NCBI GenBank assembly: GCA_964016885.1
Contig: OZ024742.1
Location: 234,174,001-234,238,000 of the forward strand
Length of the DNA stretch: 64,000 nt
DNA from: Eledone cirrhosa
Taxonomy: Eukaryota
Direction: 5' to 3'
Shown: positions 12,199-25,600 of the stretch, piece by piece
Layout of the letters: each line of letters begins with the position of its first letter
Position numbering within the stretch: position 1 is the stretch's first letter
Position numbers and translations under genes: made by a program
Notes under the pieces: generated by a model
Seen by the model: the letters and a program-made list of their open reading frames with translations, nothing else
What the model was told of the DNA's origin: nothing
The model's database searches: none

Positions 12199-15100
12199 GT
12201 TGGTTCCATAGTTCTATTCATATTTGTATAAAAAACATTTTCTTCTTTCTATAATAAATCATTATCCTTATTTTAACAATTGCTGTTACTTTCTTTATAT
12301 ATAGTGCACCAGCCCTAGAGAGATTGTCATGTCACAACTGGAGGGTCCTCTCAATCTATATATATATTGACTCCGTCGTGACAACCTCCCTAGTGTTTGG
12401 TGATGTACACAATAAATGTATTAAGTACACTCTGTAAATTGGTTGGTGATAGGAAAGGTATCCACCAATAAAAAGCTTGCCAAACAAAAAAGGTTAGGTG
12501 TCAAAGACATGACAATCTTCCTTGTGTTGATCTACATCAGAGGTTCTCAAAGTGGGCTTTACTGCCCCTTCCCACCTCCGGAGGTATTGAGAAGGTTCAG
12601 GGGGGCACTGGGGCTTAAGGGAGCAGTGGGGGAGGGGGTATAATAGTATATTAAATATCAAATGATACATATATATATATAAATATAGTAAAATAAAAAA
12701 TATATAATATTTATTTATACATAGGATATATTATATTATTTATTATATAAGGGCGGTGGATTGGCAGTATCGGTAGAAGGTCAAACGCCATGCTTTGCAG
12801 CATAGAGGTGCGGTCCTTTACGGTCTGAGTTCAAATCCTGCCGAGGTTAACTTTGCCTTTCATCCTTACGGAGTCGATAAAATAATGTACCAGAAAGTAC
12901 TAGGATAATTGCTGGCCTTGTGCCAAAAGTAGAAACAATTATTTATTATATATGAATTAACGATTTTATTTATTATATATTATTTACAATTTGCGTGTAG
13001 GCAGGCCCCTCTGGAAATAAGGGTGAGGGGCACAGGGTATTACGTGGCTGAGAGGTGGGGTTGTGGCCCAAAAAGTTTGAGAACCGCTGATCTACGTGAT
13101 AAACACATCAGTACACTCTGTAAAGTGGTTTGTGATAGGAAGGGCATTCAGCCATAGAAAACCTTTCAACCAAATTATCTTTCTTGACTTCGCAAAAGCC
13201 TTTGACTCTGTCAACCACCGCCTGCTCTTGCATAAGCTCAGCAACTATGGTCTCTATGATTCGATTATAAAGTGGATTGGATCATTTCTTGAGGGTCGTA
13301 CTTGCAGAGTTCGGATCAATGGCAGTCTGTCATCGGGGGTGGGTGTAGGCAGCGGCGTCCTCAGGGCTCTGTGTTGGGCCCAATTCTCTTCCTTCTATAC
13401 ATCAACGACATGCCGGACGTGATTGGTGGAAACATGCTTCTATTTGCAGATGATGTGAAAATGGTAGCCCGTAGGAGCGAGATCGACAATCTCAAGTCCA
13501 GCCTCCAGCACGCCTGGAGTTGGTCCATTGACTGGGATTTATACCTCAATGTCGAAAAGTGTTGCCATATGGCAGTGGGTACACCTTATAACTCAGCTCT
13601 TACCTTCAACGGTGGCACTGCTCCTTTGAAGGAGGTTGAGGAGACTAAAGATCTTGGTCTGCTGGTCGACTCATCCTTCAAACCATCAAAACATTGCATT
13701 CAAGCCGCAAACAAGGCAAAGAGCTCTCTTTTTCTTATTCGACGCTCCTTTGCCAAACTCACTCCAGAAATTTTCAGGCCTCTCTATGTCGCCCTCGTGA
13801 GACCGCACCTAGAATATGCCATCCAAGCATCAAACCCATATCTCATCTGGGATATCCATCACTTGGAGAGAGTTCAACGACTAGCGACTCAAATGGTACA
13901 GGGTCTTCATGAGCTGCCCTACGAAAGCCGGCTGCAGAAGCTGAACCTCTTCTCCTTGGAGCGTCGACGGCTAAGAGGCAATCTCATTTTGGCTTACAAT
14001 CTCTTCAATGGCCATTACGATCTCCCTCAAGATCTATTCACTCCGGCACGTGAAAAGGGATCTACATGGACATGACAAAAAGCTGTTTCACCGCCGCTTT
14101 CCCCTAAATAGACGGAAAGCTGCTTTCTCGATCCGCATCTCTGGACTCTGGAATCGGCTTCCAGAAGAAGTAGTCAACACGTCAACCACGCAACAATTCA
14201 GGGCGAAATTGGACCGGTGTTGGACCACTGTGTTTCCGACTGTGTAAATTTTGCCCCCCTCCCCTCCTTACATGGCATCTGAAGCATCTATGTTTTAATT
14301 TCTGCCAAATATATTGAATTTAATTGAATTGAATTGAACAAAGTGTCAGGAGGACCCTTCAGCTGTGTCAAAAGACTACAAACTCTGTAATGCTGGTGTC
14401 ACAATAAAATGCACTTGGTAGAGTGTGGGATTGTATATAAGCAGTCTACTGGGAGCTCTGTAGCTCCACTTGAGTACTGACTCGGTCTGTGAAGACCCAT
14501 CCGACTCTTGCTAGCAGAGAAAAACAGATGTGAAATGATGATGATGATAAAAACATTTTTTTTTAATAAAGTAAAATAAAATAAATCATTATTTGTCTTA
14601 ATATACCATTCTTAGAATTTTCTGTGGAAGATGAAGAAAAACTGACTTGGATCCTAAGTAAACCATTTTCTCAAGGAAATCTGAAAAAAACATGTTTTTT
14701 TGAAACTCTTGCAGAGAACCAACTTTCAATAGAGATTGGACCCAGGTAAACCATTGTTAGTTCTCGGTCTATTACTTCAACTAATTTGTAACAAACTTTC
14801 TCTTTCTCCACAGTGACCTATCAACATATTTGTTTGTGCTCCTCCCCCTTGTTGGTGTCCCCCAACCCACCCTGATTCACCTTCTGTCCAACCCATACCA
14901 GCATGGAAAGCTAGGCATGCCCCACTATATACTGCCATGTGCAACTCTCTCTCTTCAAGGCCACCTTCATGACTCAATGCTTCTCTCTCATGGTGGGATG
15001 AACCTCATTCTCATCACTGCCTCCTTAACCAGGCCAAGGACACAGCAAGCATCCTAGTGTTGTAATGGTATGGTGATATGATAAAAGCACCTAGTTAACT

Positions 15101-18100
15101 CCATAAGGTGATAGTGCTGGAGCCACAACAAAAAGCACCCAGTTCATTCTGTAACGTGCTAGTGCTGAAATCATGATTAACTGTTTCCAGTACATGCTGT
15201 AAAGTGATTGGCATTAGGAAAGGCATTGTGCTCATACATTGTTTTTGAGCTTAGTTTAGCCTCAAAATGTGACAATCAGTCTAACCCATGTAATCATGTT
15301 AAATAGGTGTTAAACAGTGATGATAGCCCACAGCAACATAACTTATTATATTATTAAAATGTTTCCACAGCATTACTGTGTGTATGTTTTAAACATCTAT
15401 ATATAATATGTTTTTGACTCTAGAAATATATATTTTTCATAGTAAATTTAAAGGAAAGAGTATATATAAATTCTAAAACTCTTGGTGATATATAATTCAG
15501 ATGTCACAATAGTGTACATGTATGTGATTTAATATATATACATCTAGGATTAAAGAATCTTTCTTCTCTACTTAGGTTAAACTTTTCCACACCCTTTTCA
15601 ACAAATGCTGTTTCTATTTGTCGGTCCATTGGCCTTCAAAATATTGATCGGATTGAGATCTCTGTGACATATTTGCTGAAAGCTAAATCTAATGAGTCAT
15701 TTTCTAAAGAAGAGGAAGAAACATTGGTTACATTACTTCATGACAAAATGACCCAGTGTCGATACATAAAGCCATTGGAAACATTTGATTTAAAAGTTAA
15801 AACTGAAGCTGTGTATGAAATTGATGTTCTTAAACAGGGTCAGAAAGCCTTAGAAAAAGCTAATGCCGATCTTGGTAAGTAATTGAAATTACTTTGGTTT
15901 TGATTCAATTTAGGAGTGTTATAAAAGGAGTCTGTTTTATTAGGTATAATTATCATCATCATCAATTTTATGTTCATCTTTCCTTGTTTGCATGGCTTAG
16001 GAGTGTATTTTCCAGCACAGTGTCTTGCCACATGTTGTGGTGTCTTTTCATCTTGATCTTTCTCTTTTGTAGGCTCCTTCCACTTAGATTGCTTTGTACT
16101 TCTTTACTCAATGGTCATCCTTCATATACATCACATGTCTGTATCAGCACAGTCTTCTCTTTTATACACATGTGATTTTTCTTGTACCCAGTTTTTCTCT
16201 GAAATTATTTGTACTTCATCATGTATACATACTAATATTGCACATTCAGTAGAGCATGCTTGCCTCATTAAATTCAAGACTTTGCATATCCTCTACATTC
16301 AGAGCCTATGTTTCACTGCTATGCAACATCACACTTCATATACAAGCATCATACAGTCAGTCTTTCACTCCAAGAAATAATCCCTTTGTTACAAGCTCCC
16401 TGAATTTTTTCTACCTCTTTCTTACTCTGACAATTATGTTTTCATAACATGCAACACCACCACTGCTAAGTAGGTCACCTATGTAATGGAAAATGTCAAC
16501 TACTTCTAGGGAGTTTTTCAGGCATTTGAAATAATTAATTTCATGGGTGCTATAACTGCTAATTATTCCTGCCTGTGCACCTGCTATTCCAAATATTCTG
16601 TCTACCTGCCTGTTTTTCTACTGCATTTCTTATGCATCCATAAAATTTCTACCTACTTCTTTTCTGCATATTAAGCTTGGCCACCTCCCATATAGTAGTA
16701 AAAATTGTCTTTTTTCCTGTTAAGACATTTTTGTCTTTGTTAGGGTTAGTCTTTAATGTCTTTTGACTCCAGGCTTGGCTTCAATGTTAATCATCATGGG
16801 TTGGATGTGTAATTGCCAACACAACATCCCTCCACTCATTGCGGTCCCTCATCACCTCCTCTGTGAACTCTAGTGATTTGAAATCAGCTCTTACAACCTT
16901 TACCCAGGTCTTCCTTGGTTGCTTCATTCCACTGAGATTTCTTAGCACTTTGTTACCGAATGATCAGTCTTTTCTCCTGCTCACTATATCTGATTCTTCT
17001 TATACCCAGCTTTTCTTTCAGCTTATCCATGCTGTGTCTTTCATGTATATTAATATTGTACATCTATCAAAGCATACTTGCTTCATTTCTCTTCAGCCTT
17101 TGCATATCCTCTGCATTATACACATGTTTATATTATTTCTAGTAAATCACGTGTGTTCTGGTTATGTATACTAGTTGATCCTCTGGAAATTCCAGAGTTT
17201 AATTAGAAACAACCACCAAGTATTAAAGATTAATATGGTATTTTAAGTGTATTATTCATAAGTTATATAAAGGCAGTGGATTAGCAGAATTGGTAGAGCG
17301 TCGGACACCATGCTTTGTGGCATAGTTACATCCCTTTACATTCTGAGTTCAAATCCTGTTGAGGTTAGCTTTGCCTTTCATCCTTACGGGGGTCAATAAA
17401 ATAAAGTACCAGTAACGAACTGGGGTCGATTTAATCGACTTTCCTCTCCCCCCAAATTGCTGGCCTTGTGCCTAAATCAGAAACCATTATTTATAAGTTA
17501 TGGTGTTGCCAATGGACCTCTGTTGTTACCAACAGTAAGTGATCTAGTTGATTCAATCAATCAAGCTGCCTGCTTGTGAAATTAACATTTAAGTGGCTGA
17601 GCATTCCACAGACATGTGCGCTATTAACATACTTCTCAGGGAGATTAAGTATGACACAATGTGGGATAAGACTATTCCTTCAATTACAAATACAACTTAT
17701 TTTTGCAAGCTGAATGGACTGAAACAATTTGAAATAAAGTGTGTTGCTGAAGGGCACGATGTGCCGTTTGGTCTGGAAATCAAACTCATGATTATATAAT
17801 TGTGAGCCCACAGCCTTAACCACAACACCAAGACAATGCAGGTTTTGATAAACTGTCCAACCCCTGACAGTATGTAAAAATAGACATAAAAATGTTGATT
17901 ATATATACACCGTGAAGGTAGCTTTATATATAACTATCTTAATGTATAAGCTGTATTATGAACTGCTAATGGATAATGTGTTTTAAACTTGGGCCCCACC
18001 CACAAGCTATTGCATTTTATAGGTGTGAATATACAATCATACTAAAATCTGAAAATATCTGAGATCAAAAACATTTTTGAAAAAAGTATTATCAACTGTA

Positions 18101-21100
18101 TGAAATTATATACATCAAATTATAGTGCATCATATTTATTATGAAAAAATGATCTAAAACAGAACTGATTCTTAGAAAAACTCTAGCTTTAATTCCATAT
18201 TATTTTATGATTTTATTTCTTACTAATTAAAGAACAACCCAAAACTGTTAGAAAGAACTGGATTGATAAGTCATGAAGTTGCTTTATTCAGTAACTAACC
18301 TTTTCTGTTTTCCATAAGATGAATTTATAGAAAAACCTGGAATCAAACTGTTTTGTTTTTAGGATTTAATGCTATATTGAGAAAGCCAGTATACTCATGA
18401 ACCTAACAACTATTTATTTGCCCTGTTCTTTATAGAATGTTGGGACTGTTATTTCATACTCTAGTATGTTGTTGAAAGCTGAATTTCAAATATCGTATTA
18501 AAGTGATTTGATCTAGCTTTATCACGACCTTCTTTGTCTACTCAATTTTACTCACAAAGATTGAATGAACCTGAGACTATGGTATAGACACCTGCCCAAG
18601 ATGCCATACAGTAGGATCAAACTCATTAATTGAAATATCAACTGAACCAAAAATTATAAAATCTTTTCAGGTCTAGCTTTTGATCAATGGGACTTAGAAT
18701 ACTATACTAAATTGTTCCAAGAAAAAATACAGCGGAATCCGACAAGTGTTGAATGTTTTGATCTAGCTCAGTCAAACAGGTAAGTTTAGTTTATTCTTTA
18801 GAAAAATATTAATCTGTTTGGTTAATTACTCAGACATACCATTGGCATGAACAATAAATAGTTATGTCAGTGTTAAAATATTAAATATAATGACTATCAA
18901 AGATCTAATTAGAAATACTCATGCAGTGAGGAACAGTCAGCATTAGCTTTGTGAATAACATTATTTTAATAATTTTGGTAGCTTTGGTGCTTGCCAGGAA
19001 TGACAAAATTATTAGAGCGACAAATGTGTTGAACGCCAGAAGATATAACAACAACAACCGACGACTGTGTCTTCTACCATGCCTGTTGAAGGAGAACAAC
19101 AACAAAAACCGACCGTCAATACGGAGTTTGAGGAAATACGGCAAATGATTTCCGCTTTAAGTCAAGAAATAGCGGAAATAAAATCAAGTGTTCGTGTAGA
19201 ACCCCACAATGAGGGATCTTACCGGAGTGCCTTGATAAAAAATCTCCGCGTACCTCATGTTGAACCTAGACGCATTGAGAATGCCACTGAATCTGCAAAC
19301 CACGAAGTGATTGCCATTGGTGTGCCGGAAGACATAGTTGATCTTCAGGCATTTGCTGCCAGTTCATCCAAAGACCTGGGCTGTGCTCCTGCAAAGGGTG
19401 CTCTACGCCTTGGCCGACCAGGCCCGAAACCCAGGTTAATTAGACTGTCGTTTACAAACTCAACTGAGGCACGTTCATACATTGTAGCCTCTGATAAAGC
19501 TAGGCGTGAAAGTCGGATTGCTTTCCGAACACGTCCTGGTCTTCCACCTGATGTCCACCCAAAGTTGTGTGTTGCAGCTTCCCTAAACCGCAGCTCGGCA
19601 GAACATGAAAGCTTCAGCCTACGAGATGATGGGCAGATATGGAAGTTTGTTAAGGCTGGCGAATCATGGAAAAGAGACACCAGCTGGTCTGAAAACACTG
19701 CACCCACAACAACTGACAATAAAGAAACTGAAAAAACTCAGGGAAACTAAATCAGAACAACCTGCCATCCCTTGCACATAATCATAGACTGGAATCAAAG
19801 TACAAATTGTTGTCCTTGAATGCACGTAGTCTATGCAATAAGATTCATCTTTTTGACTCCTACGTCAAAAGTATCAACCCGGACTTCATTACAGTCACGG
19901 AAACTTGGGCACATCCCTTACTCTGCGATGGGGTTTTCAGCATGACTGGCTACAACCTGTTTCGTAAAGACCGCATTAATCGTCGTGGTGGTGGTGTAAT
20001 GGTCTACGTTCGGTCAAATCTGTCGGCAATTCCTTGTGCTGATTTGAACCAATCACAGCAGGAAGTTTTTTTCTGCGATATACGTATGACCATGTCAACA
20101 CTGCTACTTGGAGTCGTTTACCGTCCCCCAAATTACCATCAGGACACTCAACTTTGTGATATCCTCAGAGCTGCTGCCAGGAAGACAGCCACTTATGTTT
20201 TCATTGCAGGTGACTTCAATCACCCTGAGATTGACTGGGAGACCTTTCATTGGCCGCCAAGTGCAAATGACTTCCTTGAGCTGGTGCTGGACTCGAGTTG
20301 GTCCCAGGTGGTCACCTCCCCAACGAGAGGTGACAACACTTTGGACCTACTCTTCACCACTACTCCTGAAACGGTCATTAGTGTTACTGCTGAGGAACCT
20401 TTAGGTGACTCTGATCATGCTATGATCATTGCCAATCTATCCCTCATGGGCAGTAACAAGAACCACAACCATCTCCAAACTGCTCACTTTGACTGGAATA
20501 AAGCAGACTGGAACTGTTACTGCACCGAGTTGCAACGGCCAAACTGGCTTGAGTTCTACGACTCTGGAGATGTCAACACTGTACTCCAGAACATCCTGAG
20601 CTCAATATGGACAGCATGTGCAGCATCGGTGCCACGTAAGCAGAAAAAACATCCCAAAAGCGCAATTTGGGAGACTGCAGCAGTCCGTCTTGCCAGAAAA
20701 GAACGGCGCAATGCTGAATGTGAGTACAAACTTCACAAATCAGACATTAATAGGAAGAGGCGAAATAGATCGTCCAACCACCTCAAACAGGTGACAAAAA
20801 AGGCAGTGCTTCAATTTGAGCAGCACATAGCAACCAGCCCTGACAGTAAGGTGTTCTAGAAGTATGTTCACTCAAAGCACAGGCCTCACTCTCCAGTTGG
20901 TCCTCTTCGCAATCCCCACACAAGCCAGGTTACTGACGACCCCAAGGAATGCGCAGAGCTCATTGCTGAATGCTATACAGGCATTTTCACTATTGAAGAC
21001 CAGAGTGTGCCATCTCCACCACCTATGACACCGCACTCTATTACAACCATGGAATTTACACCTGCAATGCTGCAACGTCACCTAAAAAATAAACGCAACC

Positions 21101-22654
21101 ATGCCTCTCCTGGTCTTGATGGTGTTACGTACCTGCTTCTTAAACGTGGTGGGTACTTCCTTCTACACCAGTTATCACGCTTCTTCCAATTCTGTCTGAA
21201 CAACAGTGCTACTCCAGAACAGTGGAAAACTGCCAGTATCATTCCTCTGTTCAAAAAGGGTGACCACACATCACCTGTGAACAGTCAGTCTTACTAGTTG
21301 CATCGCCAAACTGATGGAATCCTGTGTCAGGGAAACACTTTGGAACTTCTGGAGCTCTCACAGTCTTATCCGGCCCTCGTAATTTGGATTTATCCCCAAC
21401 TCCAGCTGCTGTGATCAACTTATAGAGTTTCTTGAGGACATCACCCGGATCACTGATGGCGGCTCATGGGTGGATGTTGTTTACCTTGACTTTGCGAAGG
21501 CCTTCAATTCTGTGCCACACAAAAGGCTTATGGCAAAACTCTCTGCAATGGTTGTGAAGGATGATCTTTTTAACTGGTTGAAGTCCTTCATTCTCAGTCG
21601 AAGAGAGGTAGTCACGGTTCTGGGACAGCATTCCTCACCATATGAGATGTCATCTGGTGTACCACAGGGATCTGTTCTTGGCCCCCTTTTGTTTGTGGCA
21701 TATATTAATGACATAGATGCCAACTTAAGGAATGCCACAGTACTAAAGTACGCAGACGACATCAAGCTGTACCTTGAGATAAAAAGGACTGATCCTGAAC
21801 ACTATAGATCTTGCTTGCAGTCTGACCTGGACACAATGCAACAATGGATCTCAGACTGGCAACTCAAGCTAGCTGTGGACAAGTGCACCACCATGCATTT
21901 TGGGAGTAAAAACCCAGCGTCCACATACTCCCTCCACAGCACTAATATCAAGAAGTCTTCCTGTGAACGTGACCTGGGCATTACGGTCAGCAGCGATTTG
22001 CGTTGGACGAGGCACGTCTCTAAAATTGTCAAGAAGGCCGAGGGTGTCTTAGCATCACTCAGCAAGACCTTTGTCAGCCGCTCTCCAGATATCTATTTAA
22101 GGCTGTATACAGCTATGGTGCGACCACACTTAGAATTTGCATCACCAGTCTGGAACCCCTATCTTGCTCAGGACATTGACCGCCTGGAAACTGTTCAGAG
22201 ACGTGCAACCAAGCGAATACCCTCCATCAGGCATCTACCATACTCTGAGCGCCTTGCTTCCCTGGGCATGGATTCATTGAAGCTCCGACGCCTGGCAACT
22301 GACTTGGTAAACACCCACAAAATTGTTAACCATGTTGCCAACAACAACCCTGAGTACCTTTTTGATTTCCATGTGTCTAACACACGTAGGCATGCCCACA
22401 AAGTAAGAAAACAGCACAGTTCCCATGACTTTCGGAAACATTTTTTCACGCTCAGAGTTGCTGAAGCATGGAACAAACTACCTGCATCAGTTGTTAGCTG
22501 TCGAGACACTGCATCCTTTAAAGCCTCCATGCTTCCCGAGATCCGCCAACACTACAGCTAACACATACACACATGTACTTCCCTGACATTTGTGTATTAT
22601 TCTATGTACTATATTGACGAGTTGTGGTGCACCTGAGCACTTTACACAATAATT

Positions 22655-22687
<33 letters not shown>

Positions 22688-25600
22688 CTATATGTATTTT
22701 CAAGTCTCAAAATTTGTCCTGTTTCCTATCAGTAATTTCCCTATGATCTTAATAAAAAATCGAAAATATTCTATCTCCTTATTCCCAATCTCTCACACAG
22801 AGCCTAGCTCCTTTTTTTAGAAACCTGGTTAGAACAGGGTTAAAATATGTAGCAGTAGTAAACATGATGAATAACATATTTCCAATTCCCAAGTAAACCC
22901 AGTTTACTACAACTTCCCATTTCTTGTCCCTAAATAAGACTTTTGTATTAAGTTGAAAAAGTTATTTTTTCATAATCAAGTACCGTTTATATTCAAATAT
23001 AAGCTAACCCCCTATTTTATTTCTGAGAAGAAGGCAAAAATCTAAACCCCATTTATAAGCTGAGGCAGCTAATCAACACATCTAGATGGTGCTGTTTTTA
23101 AATTATCATAAAGGAGAATATATTTATGAAGTTTTGAGGGTCCGACAGATTTATCCATGTCGGAGCCTCAAAAAAAAAAAATCTTCTCGTATTTAAACTG
23201 CTATTATTTGTTATATGTTCGTTTAACTTTACAATAATACGGATGAATCTGTTGAACCGTTATAAAAATAATCTTCTCATGAACTTTCCCATTTCCCTCC
23301 TCCCGCCCCCACACGCCACCATTGCTATTTGGTCCAATCACAATTCAGCGGTTTATAGTATGTTTCTCTTACCTATTTCTATCACAAAGCCACAGGCTCG
23401 GCTATTACTCCTTAAATTTAGACCTGGTTGCTTTTCGATATGCTAAATAGACTACATAATTTGGAGAGTCTGAACAATCTGAACACACAATGACAATGTC
23501 AAAGATAAAGATAAATTCACCTCCTGCTGCCAGACGAGAATGCAAGGACTCCTCTTTATTTCAGACACGGATAGCCAACATAATTCCATCTCCCACACCC
23601 TTCACTGCGCCTTCAACCCATCCTTTCCACCCACCCAACGAAATCCCAAACTTCAGAGTTGGTACCATGAATGTAGGCACTTTGAAAGGTTATAGAGATG
23701 CTTGAACGTAAGGAAGTTGATGTTTGTTGTGTTCAAGAGACTAGGTGGAGGGGTGGGTCTGCTAGATTCATTGTGGGTGAAAAACGATGCTATAAACTTT
23801 TCTGGGTGGGAAATGACAATGGGCTGGGTGGAGTAGGAATTATGTTAGCAGAAAAATGGGTAGATAAGGTAATTGCCGTAAATAAAGTGAACAACAGAAT
23901 AATTAAAATAAGACTAATCCTAAATAGAACTACTGTGACAATAATATCCACTTATGCACCCGATTCTGGCCTTCCTGACGCTATAAACGACAGATTCTAT
24001 GAGTCGTAATGCTCACTACCTCCCAAATAACCGACAATGACTACATAATTATTGCTGGCGACCTAAATGGTCATGCTGGACAACATTGTGATGGCTATGA
24101 CAGAATCCATGGAGGCTATGGGTTTGGTACTAGAAATGAGGAAGGCTTCAGAATCCTGGAATTCTGTGACGCTAATAACCTAACTATCTGTAACACAAAC
24201 TTCAAAAAACAAGACAATCACTTGATCACTTATAGATCAAGGGAACACGCCAGTCAGATAGATTATATCCTTACCAGAAGACGTGACAGAGTGTCTGTTG
24301 TAAACACTAAATCCCTCTCCCGTGAAGAATGCACCTCCCAACATAGCCTCATAGTTAGTGACCTCATAGTCAGGACTAGACATACTCGACAACAGAGGAG
24401 GACTACCCTGAGGAGGACTACCCTGAGGAGAAGAATATGGAAGTTGAAGGACGCCATAGCCAGTAACAAATTTAAAAGCATATTACTTGATGCTTTTGAG
24501 AGTAAGGAAGAGCAATTAGAGACGTATAAATATAGAGGAACAGTGGGAATTCTTGAAAGTTAACCTGCTGAAGGTGACAGATGAAATCTGTGGCTGGAGC
24601 AGACCTATAGGCAGGAGGAGAGTAACTTGGTGGTGGAACAGTAAGGTGGAGGAGTCAATCAAGGCCAAAATCAGGCTTGGAAAGTATGGTGGGATGGAGA
24701 GAAGTAGAGAACACTATCAAGTGGCCATGAGAAAAGCTAGGAGACAAGTGTACTTTGCAAGAAGGGAAGCAGAGGATAGAAAGTTCTACAACACGAGGAC
24801 CAAAAACGTGAGGTGTTCAGGATTGCTAGACAATGTGTCAAGAAAAACCATAATATTGTTGGAAGAAGTGTGTCCGTAATGATGATGGTGTACTTGCATC
24901 ACTGATATTGATGAGAGACTAAATGAGGAGAATAAATGGGAAAAAGATAGTCTGCCCCAAATCAATCCAATAGAGGGATCAGCAGTGCAAGTTAAAGGTA
25001 GTATAATAAGTAAGGCAATCAAAGATATGAAGACAGGCAAGGCAGCTGGACCTTTGGAGATACTTGAGATGTTGAAAGCATCTGGAATGGTGGGACATAC
25101 TATGGTCACCCGGATAGCAAACCAAGTAATAGAGAATGGGGTCATACGAAATGACTGGCGTAGCAGCATCATCATTAACTGCTACAAGGGTAAAGGAGAT
25201 GCTCTAGATAGGGGAAACTATAGAGGCATTAAGTTAGTTCACCAGGTCATGAAGGTCATAGAAAGAGTTATAGCGCAACTAATCAAAGAGCGAATTGATC
25301 TAGATGAAATGCAGTTTGGGTTTGTGTCAGGTGAAAGTACCACAGACGCTCATTTCCTTGTACGACAACTACAGGAGAAGTACCTAGCTAAAAGTAAACC
25401 CTTCTACTTAGCTTTTATTGACTTGGAGAAAGCCTTTGACAGAGTCCCCAGCTCCATTATCTGGTGGGCTCTTAGAAAACTAGGTGTAGATGAATGGCTT
25501 GTGTGAGCTATACAAGCCATGTATAAAGAAACAGTCAGCAAGGTTAGAATTAACAATGAATATAGTGAAGAATTTAGCGTAAAAGTTGGTGCTCATCAAG

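Noticed and set aside
18900-22700. CR1 element as currently active, with a TSD
   Set aside because: ORF2 has two stops and a frameshift, and I could not identify a convincing TSD.
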